Below, piece by piece: positions 1 through 7,544 of a stretch of 26,195 nt of DNA. Below the pieces are notes generated by a model. It saw only the letters and a list, made by a program, of their open reading frames with translations. It searched no databases and was not told where the DNA came from. Numbering within the stretch: position 1 is the first letter of the stretch; each line of letters starts with the position of its first letter. Both the position numbers and the translations under genes were made by a program. Source of the DNA: a virus (Duplodnaviria; Caudoviricetes); the IMG/VR virus record IMGVR_UViG_3300017707_000367, positions 1-26,195 of that record. One strand, 5' to 3'.

Positions 1-396
1 ATCACCAAACTGGATGCAAAGGTTGTCGCTGATGCCATTGCTAAACTTGCCAAAGCAGAGTTGATTAAATCATACGAAGATGGTCTTGAAACAACCCCGA
101 AAGGAGTTGAAGAAGTGAAGAGATTGGAAACCGAGATTGTGGTTCGTTATCGTTATGGTTTAGCCGCTGGGATTCAAGGTGCGTTGGTGATTGATACAAC
201 TCGTGACTTTTGCAGACAGATTGCAGAAAGCAACCGTGTATATTCAAGAGAGGATATCAATGCGATGTCAACTCAATTGGGATACGATGTATGGAAGAGG
301 AGAGGTGGTTGGTATCACAACCCCGTCTTTGATGTGAACACCCCACAATGCAGACATATTTGGGTTCAACAATTATTAAGGAGGATTAAACGATGA
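1..396 (+). CDS. C-terminal part of a probable portal/head morphogenesis protein (5' truncated)
   Basis: Frame 1 is open from base 1 (ITKLDAKVVADAIAKL...), so the track's start at 61 is internal. Ends in RDFC...YSREDI...WKRRGGW...CRHIW, a Cys/His MuF-like tail seen on phage head/portal proteins. ATGA-coupled to the next gene. Confidence 0.55.
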   Translation: MTKLDAKVVADAIAKLAKAELIKSYEDGLETTPKGVEEVKRLETEIVVRYRYGLAAGIQGALVIDTTRDFCRQIAESNRVYSREDINAMSTQLGYDVWKRRGGWYHNPVFDVNTPQCRHIWVQQLLRRIKR

Positions 397-953
397 CCAA
401 TTTTGTATATTTCATTTCAACCACTTACTTGAAGGACAACACCCCTTTGAATGAGAATGTTGACGATAAGTTGTTGAAATCAGCAATCAAAGAAGCTCAA
501 GAAATCTACATCCGTGATGTGATTGGTTCAGGCATTTATAATGAGTTGCAAGTACAGGCATTCGCTGGAACATTAACCCAGTTGAATACTACCCTTTTGG
601 ATTCGTACATCGCACCTTGTTTGAAGTATTATACCTTGACCGAAGCAATGCTTCCAATGACATTCAAATTGATGAACAAATCGGTTGCATCTCGTGAGAG
701 TGACAATGCAAGGGCGGTATCTGTTGAGGAAATGACAATGATTGAAGGGCGTTATCGTGATAAAGCGGAATACTATGCCAACAGATTGAGGGACTATCTG
801 CGTACAAATACCAATGATTATCCTTTGTTCTTAAATCCCGGCAGTACCTTTGATACAATTAGACCAAAGAACACCGCTTTTGTCGGTGGTATTTATCTTC
901 CCACATCACAAGATTGTTTCTGGAACTATGACTTCCCCAACGAGGACAAATAA
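393..953 (+). CDS. Putative head-tail adaptor/connector protein
   Basis: 186 aa helical ORF with N-VD-LL--AI-EAQ--YI---IG--LY pattern; follows the putative portal; AAGGAGG at 378-384. Confidence 0.55.
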   Translation: MTNFVYFISTTYLKDNTPLNENVDDKLLKSAIKEAQEIYIRDVIGSGIYNELQVQAFAGTLTQLNTTLLDSYIAPCLKYYTLTEAMLPMTFKLMNKSVASRESDNARAVSVEEMTMIEGRYRDKAEYYANRLRDYLRTNTNDYPLFLNPGSTFDTIRPKNTAFVGGIYLPTSQDCFWNYDFPNEDK

Positions 954-997
954 GTGGCAAAAAAACAACGAAGCCAAACTGCTCAAATTTCTCAAGA

Positions 998-1438
998 ATG
1001 ACACTAAACCAAATAATTCAAAAGATTCAAACGGCAGCCGAAAGCCATAAGATGGTTCACAAGTTTGGCGTTGGTCAGCAGTCAAATATGACTGTTGAGA
1101 ATGTTGAATACTATCCGTTGGTTTGGTTGTATCCAGATGGCTTCAATTTGCAGTCAACTGGAAACTTGATGACATACAACTTTGCATTGCTTGTGATGGA
1201 CAGAGTATTTGAAAGCGAGAGCAACACCATTGAGGTTCTTTCCGATACTGCACAGATTATGACTGACATCTTTGCATTGATTGAAAACAACACACAAGAT
1301 GATGAGGATTTTGAGATTGTGATCAACGGCAATGCATCTCCTTTCTACGATTCAAAAACTGATATTCTCGCTGGTTATGCAATCAACTTCCAAGTCATCA
1401 CTCCTTATCTCCATAATACTTGCGTTGTTCCTGTTTAG
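998..1438 (+). CDS. Putative tail terminator/neck protein
   Basis: 146 aa acidic ORF with YPLVW motif and beta-rich pattern, in head-tail joining context. Confidence 0.5.
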   Translation: MTLNQIIQKIQTAAESHKMVHKFGVGQQSNMTVENVEYYPLVWLYPDGFNLQSTGNLMTYNFALLVMDRVFESESNTIEVLSDTAQIMTDIFALIENNTQDDEDFEIVINGNASPFYDSKTDILAGYAINFQVITPYLHNTCVVPV

Positions 1439-1661
1439 TTGGTTGTGGGCGTTCTTCAATTATGATGAACCAGTCCGTTATATCAAACCACTAAATGTTG
1501 AGATGCACGAAAGGATTATAGTGAAGGAGAAAATCAAAAGAATGCGTCTAATTGATTCAATCAATCACTTTGATACGATATACCTTGACACTTTCAAACC
1601 TTCAGCAGAGGGTCTAAAAAAGGCAATAGGTTTGCACATCCACTTGGATACCACTCTATGA
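1377..1661 (+). CDS. Hypothetical membrane-anchored protein (i-spanin-like topology)
   Basis: N-terminal hydrophobic helix LLISIILALFLFSWLWAFF followed by a charged region; start uncertain (1332 or 1377); ATGA-coupled to 1658. Confidence 0.5.
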   Translation: MQSTSKSSLLISIILALFLFSWLWAFFNYDEPVRYIKPLNVEMHERIIVKEKIKRMRLIDSINHFDTIYLDTFKPSAEGLKKAIGLHIHLDTTL

Positions 1662-2497
1662 AAAACAATAACATCATTGTGATCCCAAAGCCGTGGGAAG
1701 AAACTAAAGTTCTTTTGATCTCGGATTTGCATTGGGACAATCCAAAATGTGACAGAGATTTGTTGAAGAAACATCTTGACGAAGCCTTGAAAGGAAACAA
1801 TGATGTGTTGATCAATGGTGATTTGTTTTGCTTGATGCAAGGTGCATACGATCCCAGGAAAAGCAAATCGGACATAAGACCTGAACACAATGTTGCAAAC
1901 TATTTTGATGCCATCATCAATACTGCTGTTGAATGGTTTTTACCATATGCACATATCATCAAGTTTATCGGATACGGCAATCACGAGACAAGCATCTTGA
2001 AGCGACAAGAGACCGATATCATTGAACGCTTTGTGACTTTGTTAAACTATCGGGGAGGTACAGCAATTCAGGTGGGCGGATATGGTGGATGGGTGAAATA
2101 TCAATTTAACCATCACTCCAAAAAGATTGGATACAACATTAAGTATATGCACGGGTTTGGCGGTGGGGGTCCTGTAACTCGTGGAACTATCCAGCACAAC
2201 CGGATGTCGGTGAATGTTGAAGGGGCTGATGCGATTTGGATGGGGCATGTTCACGAAGATTACGAGATGACATACACCGTGGAATACTTGTCAGCCGTTG
2301 GAACTGTTTTGCTTCGTGACATTTTAATGATTCGTACTTCAGCCTACAAAGAAGAATACGGAGATGGTTCAAAGGGTTGGCATGTTGAAAGAGGTGCATC
2401 ACCAAAGTTCACCGGTGGTCGGTGGTTGTATATGTTGCCCACAAGAACCGAGAAAGGTGACAGAATAATTCGGGCATACACACACAAGACAATATGA
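1658..2497 (+). CDS. Calcineurin-like metallophosphoesterase
   Basis: Motifs SDLH, NGD, GNHE, MHG and GHVH in canonical order. Confidence 0.9.
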   Translation: MKNNNIIVIPKPWEETKVLLISDLHWDNPKCDRDLLKKHLDEALKGNNDVLINGDLFCLMQGAYDPRKSKSDIRPEHNVANYFDAIINTAVEWFLPYAHIIKFIGYGNHETSILKRQETDIIERFVTLLNYRGGTAIQVGGYGGWVKYQFNHHSKKIGYNIKYMHGFGGGGPVTRGTIQHNRMSVNVEGADAIWMGHVHEDYEMTYTVEYLSAVGTVLLRDILMIRTSAYKEEYGDGSKGWHVERGASPKFTGGRWLYMLPTRTEKGDRIIRAYTHKTI

Positions 2498-2748
2498 TCA
2501 AGGTTCAAATCATACACGAGACCAAGAACGACAACTGGATGGGTTTGATTGAAGGAGAATCCGACATCATACAAATCTTGGAAGATGGGATGGTTGATGA
2601 ACATCAAATCGTTGCCATATCGCAGTTGTTTGAGAACACCCAACTTTATATGCGAGGCGGTCACATAATCTTGATTGAAGAAAACTATTATACCTTTGTT
2701 GTCAAATGGATGCAGTCAACCCAACACACTACAAGCAAGGCGAAATAG
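2494..2748 (+). CDS. Hypothetical protein
   Basis: 84 aa ORF, ATGA overlap with the upstream gene. Confidence 0.6.
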   Translation: MIKVQIIHETKNDNWMGLIEGESDIIQILEDGMVDEHQIVAISQLFENTQLYMRGGHIILIEENYYTFVVKWMQSTQHTTSKAK

Positions 2749-2942
2749 AATGTATTGATGCCATTGAATCTGCCACCATCAAAAAGAAAGGATTGGTTGC
2801 GGTTTGCACTGGTAACATCATCAAGTACTTGTGGAGGTGCGAAGACAAGAACGGATTGGAGGATTTGTACAAAGCGAAGTGGTATCTTGACAAGCTCATC
2901 GCAGAAAAAGAAAAACAATCCAAGAAGAATGCTACCTTATAG
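2706..2942 (+). CDS. DUF3310 (SaV-like / T7 gp1.7-like nucleotide kinase family) protein
   Basis: VNPTHY...IECIDAI...GNIIKYLWR...KNGLEDLYKAKWYL signature. Confidence 0.85.
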   Translation: MDAVNPTHYKQGEIECIDAIESATIKKKGLVAVCTGNIIKYLWRCEDKNGLEDLYKAKWYLDKLIAEKEKQSKKNATL

Positions 2943-2943
2943 G

Positions 2944-3300
2944 ATGAAAGCAATGATAAAAATATCAACCTATGGGTTAATTTTCTTCATCTTTTTTGGA
3001 AAAATTCATGCACAAGTCCTGATTGATACAAATACAATCAAACAAGCCAACACATATTTGGTCAAAGGTGCGATTGCAAGGGAACAAGTCACGCATTTAC
3101 GCAAAATTGTGACATCGGATTCCATCATTATTGCTGAACAAGATTCGGTCATCACCAAACAAAAGTCAAATATCGCATATCTCAATGCGGAGAATGATTC
3201 ACTTGTGAAGCAAAATAAAGCCATCTCACGCACTTTGTCCGTGTTCAAGGGTATAAGTATAGGTTTAGGGATTTTAAGCGTTTTAATGTGGCTACAATAG
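2944..3300 (+). CDS. Hypothetical exported coiled-coil protein with C-terminal membrane anchor (possible spanin-like)
   Basis: Signal-peptide-like N-terminus ending IHA|Q, heptad-rich middle, C-terminal GISIGLGILSVLMWL. True start likely 2944 or 2953 rather than 2755. Confidence 0.5.
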   Translation: MKAMIKISTYGLIFFIFFGKIHAQVLIDTNTIKQANTYLVKGAIAREQVTHLRKIVTSDSIIIAEQDSVITKQKSNIAYLNAENDSLVKQNKAISRTLSVFKGISIGLGILSVLMWLQ

Positions 3301-3824
3301 ACATTAACAAACTGCCTGATGCACTTGATACATACTTGGATGATGTCAATCAAGGCTCACTCCTTCAACAAATCATCGTTGATTGGTGGAACAAGAAGGT
3401 GATTCCACCCATTTGGGCGAATCTTGACAACAAAAACATCAATGCGTCTTCAGTTCTTCGCCAATCTTTTGTTCCCGGACAGATCACCAAATCACCCACA
3501 TCCATCAACACAATCCTTCTTGCAGAGGATTACTGGGAATTTGTGGAATACGGAAGGAAGCCAACAAGAAATGGTCACACCGAAGGCACTCCCTATTTGT
3601 GGCAGTCAATCAAAGAATGGATGGCATACAAAGGAATCAAGCCACCACAAACAATGACCTACGATTCAATGGCGAAGGCAATCGCAAACAAGATTCACCG
3701 AAGAGGAACGAAGGCACAACCATTCCTTGAGGATGCGTTCACCGAATCAATACAGATGGAATTGGTGAATGAGTTGAATGCTCGTTTCGGAGATTTGATA
3801 TTCTCGGAAGACATAAAATTGTAA
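3288..3824 (+). CDS. HK97 gp10-like tail completion/neck protein
   Basis: ASSVLRQS...YWEFVEYGRKP...IKEW...KGI...AIANKIHRRGTKAQPFL pattern typical of gp10-like neck proteins. Confidence 0.65.
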   Translation: MATIDINKLPDALDTYLDDVNQGSLLQQIIVDWWNKKVIPPIWANLDNKNINASSVLRQSFVPGQITKSPTSINTILLAEDYWEFVEYGRKPTRNGHTEGTPYLWQSIKEWMAYKGIKPPQTMTYDSMAKAIANKIHRRGTKAQPFLEDAFTESIQMELVNELNARFGDLIFSEDIKL

Positions 3825-3841
3825 CAAAAAGAAAAGTTTAT

Positions 3842-3872
3842 TTGCATAATAGATAAGTTTATTTTACTTTTG
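3842..3872 (+). promoter_or_regulatory. Bacteroidota-type sigma promoter (-33 TTG / -7 TAnnTTTG)
   Basis: TTG 3842-3844, 20-nt spacer, TACTTTTG 3865-3872; ATG at 3881. Confidence 0.7.
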
Positions 3873-3880
3873 CTCTTGTT

Positions 3881-4066
3881 ATGGATTACAACAAAGCAAT
3901 TGAAACAATTAAACTGAAACGCAGACAAGGGCTATTTCAAATAGTCGCTCGTAAAACAGGTGTATCACTTCCAACGGTTCGCAAGTATTTGGTTGAGGGA
4001 AACATCGTTTCACCCAAAGCAAAAGCCGTCATTGAAATTGCATTGAGGGAGGTGAACAATGATTGA
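3881..4066 (+). CDS. Small HTH transcriptional regulator (Cro-like)
   Basis: IVARKTGVSLPTVRKYL helix-turn-helix pattern; first gene of the early operon. Confidence 0.7.
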   Translation: MDYNKAIETIKLKRRQGLFQIVARKTGVSLPTVRKYLVEGNIVSPKAKAVIEIALREVNND

Positions 4067-4316
4067 AGCAACAATCAACGGATGGATTCTCACAATCGGT
4101 GGGGATAAGTATGTTTACATTGACAAGCAAGTTGATGACTATTTACTTGAGCATCACTTTGATGAACTTGAACCGTACCTGATCAAGCGAGATGTGTATT
4201 TCGGTGGATGCGTTGAGACCAATTTAGTGGGTATTGAGACGGAAAGATTCTTCTATCTTGAACCCGACAAGTTTACAGTATTATTTATGCTCGGACACAA
4301 AACAAATTTCCTATGA
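4059..4316 (+). CDS. Hypothetical protein
   Basis: 85 aa ORF overlapping both neighbours; GGAGGTGA at 4048-4055. Confidence 0.65.
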   Translation: MIEATINGWILTIGGDKYVYIDKQVDDYLLEHHFDELEPYLIKRDVYFGGCVETNLVGIETERFFYLEPDKFTVLFMLGHKTNFL

Positions 4317-4849
4317 ATAAATCAGAATCAATCAAGAACATCGCTGGTGCGTTGGTAAAATTCCAAGCATCGGTGAGCAAGGTAGCAAAGGAAGCCAACA
4401 ATCCTTTCTTCAAATCCAAGTATGCAAGTTTGGCGAACATACTGGACACAATCCAAAAGCCATTGAGCGAATGCGGTTTGGCAATCAGTCAGTTCCCTGA
4501 TGAGAACGCACTCACAACCATCATCCTTCACGCTGATTCGGGCGAGTGGATGGAATCATCCTATGTGATGCCGGTTGCAAAACAAAATGATCCACAAGCA
4601 ATGGGAAGTGCGATGACCTACGCACGGAGGTATGCACTTGGTTCAATCCTAAACTTGAACATTGATGATGATGATGATGGTGAGAAAGCAATGGGAAGGC
4701 AGATTCCAAAGAAAGATGAACTCACACCAAAGCATCCATCGTGGGCGAAAGCAGTTGAACATTTGAAGACAGGCGGAATGATGACCGATATCACAAGCAA
4801 GTTTGAGGTATCTCCGGTGAATATGAAACTTTTAATTGGCGAGAAATGA
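4313..4849 (+). CDS. erf: ERF-family single-strand annealing protein
   Basis: NPFFKSKYASL, GL..SQ, H.SGEW, PQAMGSAMTYARRYAL...DDDG signature. Confidence 0.92.
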   Translation: MNKSESIKNIAGALVKFQASVSKVAKEANNPFFKSKYASLANILDTIQKPLSECGLAISQFPDENALTTIILHADSGEWMESSYVMPVAKQNDPQAMGSAMTYARRYALGSILNLNIDDDDDGEKAMGRQIPKKDELTPKHPSWAKAVEHLKTGGMMTDITSKFEVSPVNMKLLIGEK

Positions 4850-5493
4850 ATCAGTCACATCCAGTTATTCACACTTCTTTGAACGAAGAAGATTGGCAAA
4901 GGTTGAGAAGTTCACGCTTCACCGCTTCCGAAATCCACAAACTGATGGGAACTCCGAAAAACAAATCGGAGTTCTTGTCGGAAACTGCAAAATCATTTGT
5001 CTTTGAGAAGGCAGCGGAATACTTAACCGGTGCGAAATCCGAGATCTATGGTCGTGCTTTGGATTGGGGCAAGGAACACGAGAAGGAAGCCTTCCACTAT
5101 TTCTCACAACAAACCGATGAGTTCTTCACATACTACGGTGCAGAGACATACACCTTCATCACTTATGGCGAATGGGGTGGGTATTCACCTGATGCACTCG
5201 GTCACCAGTTGGTAGAAATCAAATGTCCGTTCAATTCAGGCAACCACTTGCAAAACTTCTTCATCCAAAACAATGAGCAGTTGAAGAGCAAACGCACGGA
5301 GTATTTTTGGCAGATGCAAATGGGAATGATTGCAACCGGATTGGAAGAAGGTTTGTTTGTCAGTTATGATCCACGAATGCCCATCGGCAAGAAGCTCACA
5401 ACCACTCTCATCACTTTGGAAGAGGACATCCAAGAAATGATTGATGAAAAATTGACCTACGCTGGGGAGTTGTTTTTGTCAATCACAAAATAA
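4846..5493 (+). CDS. YqaJ-like (lambda exonuclease family) recombination nuclease
   Basis: W..LR..RFTASEI, WGKEHE..A, SPD, EIKCP, Y.WQMQ..M motifs. Confidence 0.92.
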   Translation: MNQSHPVIHTSLNEEDWQRLRSSRFTASEIHKLMGTPKNKSEFLSETAKSFVFEKAAEYLTGAKSEIYGRALDWGKEHEKEAFHYFSQQTDEFFTYYGAETYTFITYGEWGGYSPDALGHQLVEIKCPFNSGNHLQNFFIQNNEQLKSKRTEYFWQMQMGMIATGLEEGLFVSYDPRMPIGKKLTTTLITLEEDIQEMIDEKLTYAGELFLSITK

Positions 5494-5527
5494 ATCGTTC
5501 ATTCACAAAGTCAATCAGAAAATAAAT

Positions 5528-5558
5528 TTGCATAAGTGAAAGAAAGTATGTTGTTTTG
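5528..5558 (+). promoter_or_regulatory. Putative Bacteroidota-type promoter
   Basis: TTG 5528-5530 (within TTTGCATAA, identical to 3841-3849), 20-nt spacer, TTGTTTTG 5551-5558 (1 mismatch to TAnnTTTG); ATG at 5563. Confidence 0.5.
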
Positions 5559-5562
5559 AACT

Positions 5563-5769
5563 ATGGCACTTGACATAATTTATCCAATCGTTTTAACACC
5601 CATCGTTTTTGCGGTGGGTTACTCTATCCATTGCATTAAGAAGGCAATGAACAAAGAACTTCCTGAAGCCAAACCATACCAGTTTGAACGGGATCAGTAC
5701 AATCCGGAGTTTGACCAATTCAGTCAAACCATATTCAATCACAAATTCTACAAAGGAAAAGCAAAATGA
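5563..5769 (+). CDS. Hypothetical small membrane protein
   Basis: 68 aa with an N-terminal hydrophobic segment. Confidence 0.65.
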   Translation: MALDIIYPIVLTPIVFAVGYSIHCIKKAMNKELPEAKPYQFERDQYNPEFDQFSQTIFNHKFYKGKAK

Positions 5770-6056
5770 TACTAACAATCGCACTTGGTTTGACTTCATC
5801 CGTCTTCGCATATAGATTATATACGAATGAGAAAAGGTCACAAGATTTCATCAAAGAGTTTGACCGTCTTAATCGCATTAATAGGGATTTAGATGAGATG
5901 GTTTGGTCAATGAAGATTGATTTGCAACAATCAAAGAATGAGACAGTAATGGCGAAGATGGAACACGAGAAGACCAAACAAGAACTGGAAGATAAAATTC
6001 AAACTTGGCAGAACCAATTTACAGAACTAAACAATGTTAAAGGCAAGAGTAATTAA
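5766..6056 (+). CDS. Hypothetical membrane-anchored coiled-coil protein
   Basis: Short N-terminal hydrophobic stretch then heptad-rich; ATGA-coupled. Confidence 0.65.
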   Translation: MILTIALGLTSSVFAYRLYTNEKRSQDFIKEFDRLNRINRDLDEMVWSMKIDLQQSKNETVMAKMEHEKTKQELEDKIQTWQNQFTELNNVKGKSN

Positions 6057-6171
6057 AGCGACAATCAATTCAATTGAGAAATGGCGTGTGTACTTCGCTG
6101 GTGAATTACTCGCCACCTTTGAAACGGAAAAAGATGCACGAGATTACGCAGAATTTATAGACAGACAATGA
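6034..6171 (+). CDS. Hypothetical 45-aa protein (not in ORF track)
   Basis: MLKARVIKATINSIEKWRVYFAGELLATFETEKDARDYAEFIDRQ; fills the gap; ATGA-coupled to 6168. Confidence 0.65.
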   Translation: MLKARVIKATINSIEKWRVYFAGELLATFETEKDARDYAEFIDRQ

Positions 6172-6199
6172 GCAACAATAAACAACAAACGGCAGTGGA
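6168..6199 (+). repeat. Cassette start repeat A (copy 1 of 3)
   Basis: ATGAGCAACAATAAACAACAAACGGCAGTGGA; near-identical copies at 6701-6732 and 12865-12893. Confidence 0.9.
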
Positions 6200-6416
6200 C
6201 ATCCTATGTGGAAAGTTAGCAATGAAGTTAGGCATACCACAAGCAATTACTTTTTACATAGACCATCAAGAAGAAATCCGGGAAGCCAAAGAAATGCACA
6301 AAAAGGAAATAGAAGATGCTTGTAAATCATCTATTGCAAGTTGCGGAATGGGGCATATTTTTATTGAACTACCCGAACAATACTACCAAGAAACCTACGG
6401 AGGAGGTGAGCAATGA
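6168..6416 (+). CDS. KQQTAV...TYGGGEQ family microprotein 1
   Basis: Starts MSNNKQQTAV, contains AKEM, ends TYGGGEQ. Confidence 0.75.
   Translation: MSNNKQQTAVDILCGKLAMKLGIPQAITFYIDHQEEIREAKEMHKKEIEDACKSSIASCGMGHIFIELPEQYYQETYGGGEQ
6391..6416 (+). repeat. Cassette end repeat B (copy 1 of 3)
   Basis: AAACCTACGGAGGAGGTGAGCAATGA; identical at 6555-6580, 1 mismatch at 6945-6970. Confidence 0.95.
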
Positions 6417-6580
6417 ACGACAAAATAAAACAACTCCTTGAAAATGCCGAGCAATCGGATGCAATAGCAATAAACAAATGGCGTATTGAAAACCGAGAGC
6501 AACTAAGAAAAGAGCGTAAAGAAAAACTCAAGGAACTAATGGGAAAAGACAAACAAACCTACGGAGGAGGTGAGCAATGA
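6413..6580 (+). CDS. 55-aa microprotein ending TYGGGEQ (not in ORF track)
   Basis: MNDKIKQLLENAEQSDAIAINKWRIENREQLRKERKEKLKELMGKDKQTYGGGEQ; bounded by two B repeats. Confidence 0.75.
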   Translation: MNDKIKQLLENAEQSDAIAINKWRIENREQLRKERKEKLKELMGKDKQTYGGGEQ

Positions 6581-6714
6581 ATAATTTAATATGGTTTACG
6601 GTAGGTGCAGTAGCAAGTTATATTGTATCTCCAACAATTAGAATGTATGTTGAAGTATTCAAGAAAATGAGCAAAAATGCAAAAAGCAAAACAGACGGAG
6701 ATGACAAACAATAA
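6577..6714 (+). CDS. 45-aa single-pass membrane microprotein (not in ORF track)
   Basis: MNNLIWFTVGAVASYIVSPTIRMYVEVFKKMSKNAKSKTDGDDKQ; starts in a B repeat and stops inside an A repeat. Confidence 0.7.
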   Translation: MNNLIWFTVGAVASYIVSPTIRMYVEVFKKMSKNAKSKTDGDDKQ

Positions 6715-6970
6715 ACAACAAACGGCAGTGGATAGAATAGTAAATCTTTTAAACAAAGAAGGGTTTGCTCCTGTATTAATTGAGAAAGAAATTAAGTCAT
6801 TCACAGAAATGGACAAGGAACAAAGTAACGCTAAAATAAACATGGCAATTAAAGAGTTTGAAACTCTGAAATCAAAAGCAAATTCATTAAAAGATATAGT
6901 GTATTTCGACGGTGTTTTGGCAGTATTAGATTCAATTAAAAACAAAACATACGGAGGAGGTGAGCAATGA
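6701..6970 (+). CDS. KQQTAV...TYGGGEQ family microprotein 2
   Basis: MTNNKQQTAVDRI...KTYGGGEQ; start placed at the A repeat (6701) rather than 6677. Confidence 0.75.
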   Translation: MTNNKQQTAVDRIVNLLNKEGFAPVLIEKEIKSFTEMDKEQSNAKINMAIKEFETLKSKANSLKDIVYFDGVLAVLDSIKNKTYGGGEQ

Positions 6971-7110
6971 ACATCAGGGTTAAACACAGAAACACGGAGA
7001 TAGAACTTGAAGACATCAGGACCATCAATCACAATCTTGATATAATCAGTTTGATCAAAGCCATCTCACAACAGATTCAAGAAATAATCAGCAATGAAAA
7101 CACCAATTGA
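6967..7110 (+). CDS. 47-aa hypothetical protein (not in ORF track)
   Basis: MNIRVKHRNTEIELEDIRTINHNLDIISLIKAISQQIQEIISNENTN; starts in a B repeat. Confidence 0.65.
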   Translation: MNIRVKHRNTEIELEDIRTINHNLDIISLIKAISQQIQEIISNENTN

Positions 7111-7267
7111 CCGCTTGGTTGAACACCTACGCACGGAGTTCCCCGATTTGGATATTAGCCCACACCTGATCTTCAACTTTAAGCAACTTGAAAAAATGGA
7201 GCAACAACTCGCATACAATGCCGGGTTTGCCAATGCAAAGAAAATCTATTGTGAAAAATCTAACTGA
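7094..7267 (+). CDS. 57-aa protein, possibly a divergent KQTAV-family member (not in ORF track)
   Basis: MKTPIDRLVEHL...KQLEKMEQQLAYNAGF; resembles QTAVDRI...KEME...Y..G of the family. Confidence 0.6.
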   Translation: MKTPIDRLVEHLRTEFPDLDISPHLIFNFKQLEKMEQQLAYNAGFANAKKIYCEKSN

Positions 7268-7400
7268 TAAACAAGCACTATGTTGGGCAATCGCAATCCT
7301 TCGTGATGATATGCGTTGCACCTGGAGACAGATTGCCCAGCGAATGCAATTCAGCGAATGCAAAGTGCGTCACCTTTACACCCAAACAAAACCCCTATGA
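7251..7400 (+). CDS. Small HTH-like DNA-binding protein
   Basis: TWRQIAQRMQFSECKVRHLY resembles a sigma region 4-type HTH; GTG start at 7251 is tentative. Confidence 0.5.
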   Translation: MKNLTDKQALCWAIAILRDDMRCTWRQIAQRMQFSECKVRHLYTQTKPL

Positions 7401-7405
7401 AACAA

Positions 7406-7436
7406 TTGGAACAATCAAATTGATTTGCTATATTTG
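7406..7436 (+). promoter_or_regulatory. Bacteroidota-type promoter of the HNH/replication operon
   Basis: TTG 7406-7408, 20-nt spacer, TATATTTG 7429-7436. Confidence 0.7.
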
Positions 7437-7481
7437 TATAGTGATTGACAAATGCGGGTTTGTCTATAATCAAAACTTTTT

Positions 7482-7533
7482 GCCTTCCTGATAGATGCGT
7501 TCCCGCAGACCTTCTATCTCGAAGGCTTTTTTT
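7482..7533 (+). terminator. Intrinsic terminator/attenuator in the 5' leader
   Basis: GCCTTC(7482-87)/GAAGGC(7521-26) plus GATAGA/TCTATC stem, followed by a T-run 7527-7533. Confidence 0.7.
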
Positions 7534-7544
7534 ATGCAAAAAAA

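Noticed and set aside
850-1050. 66-aa + strand ORF (or shorter from ATG 928)
   Set aside because: Overlaps both neighbours extensively in another frame with no motif; not fully excluded.
6391-6970. 26-bp direct repeats as a CRISPR array
   Set aside because: Spacers are 138 and 364 bp, protein-coding and irregular; the repeat is not palindromic; no cas genes.
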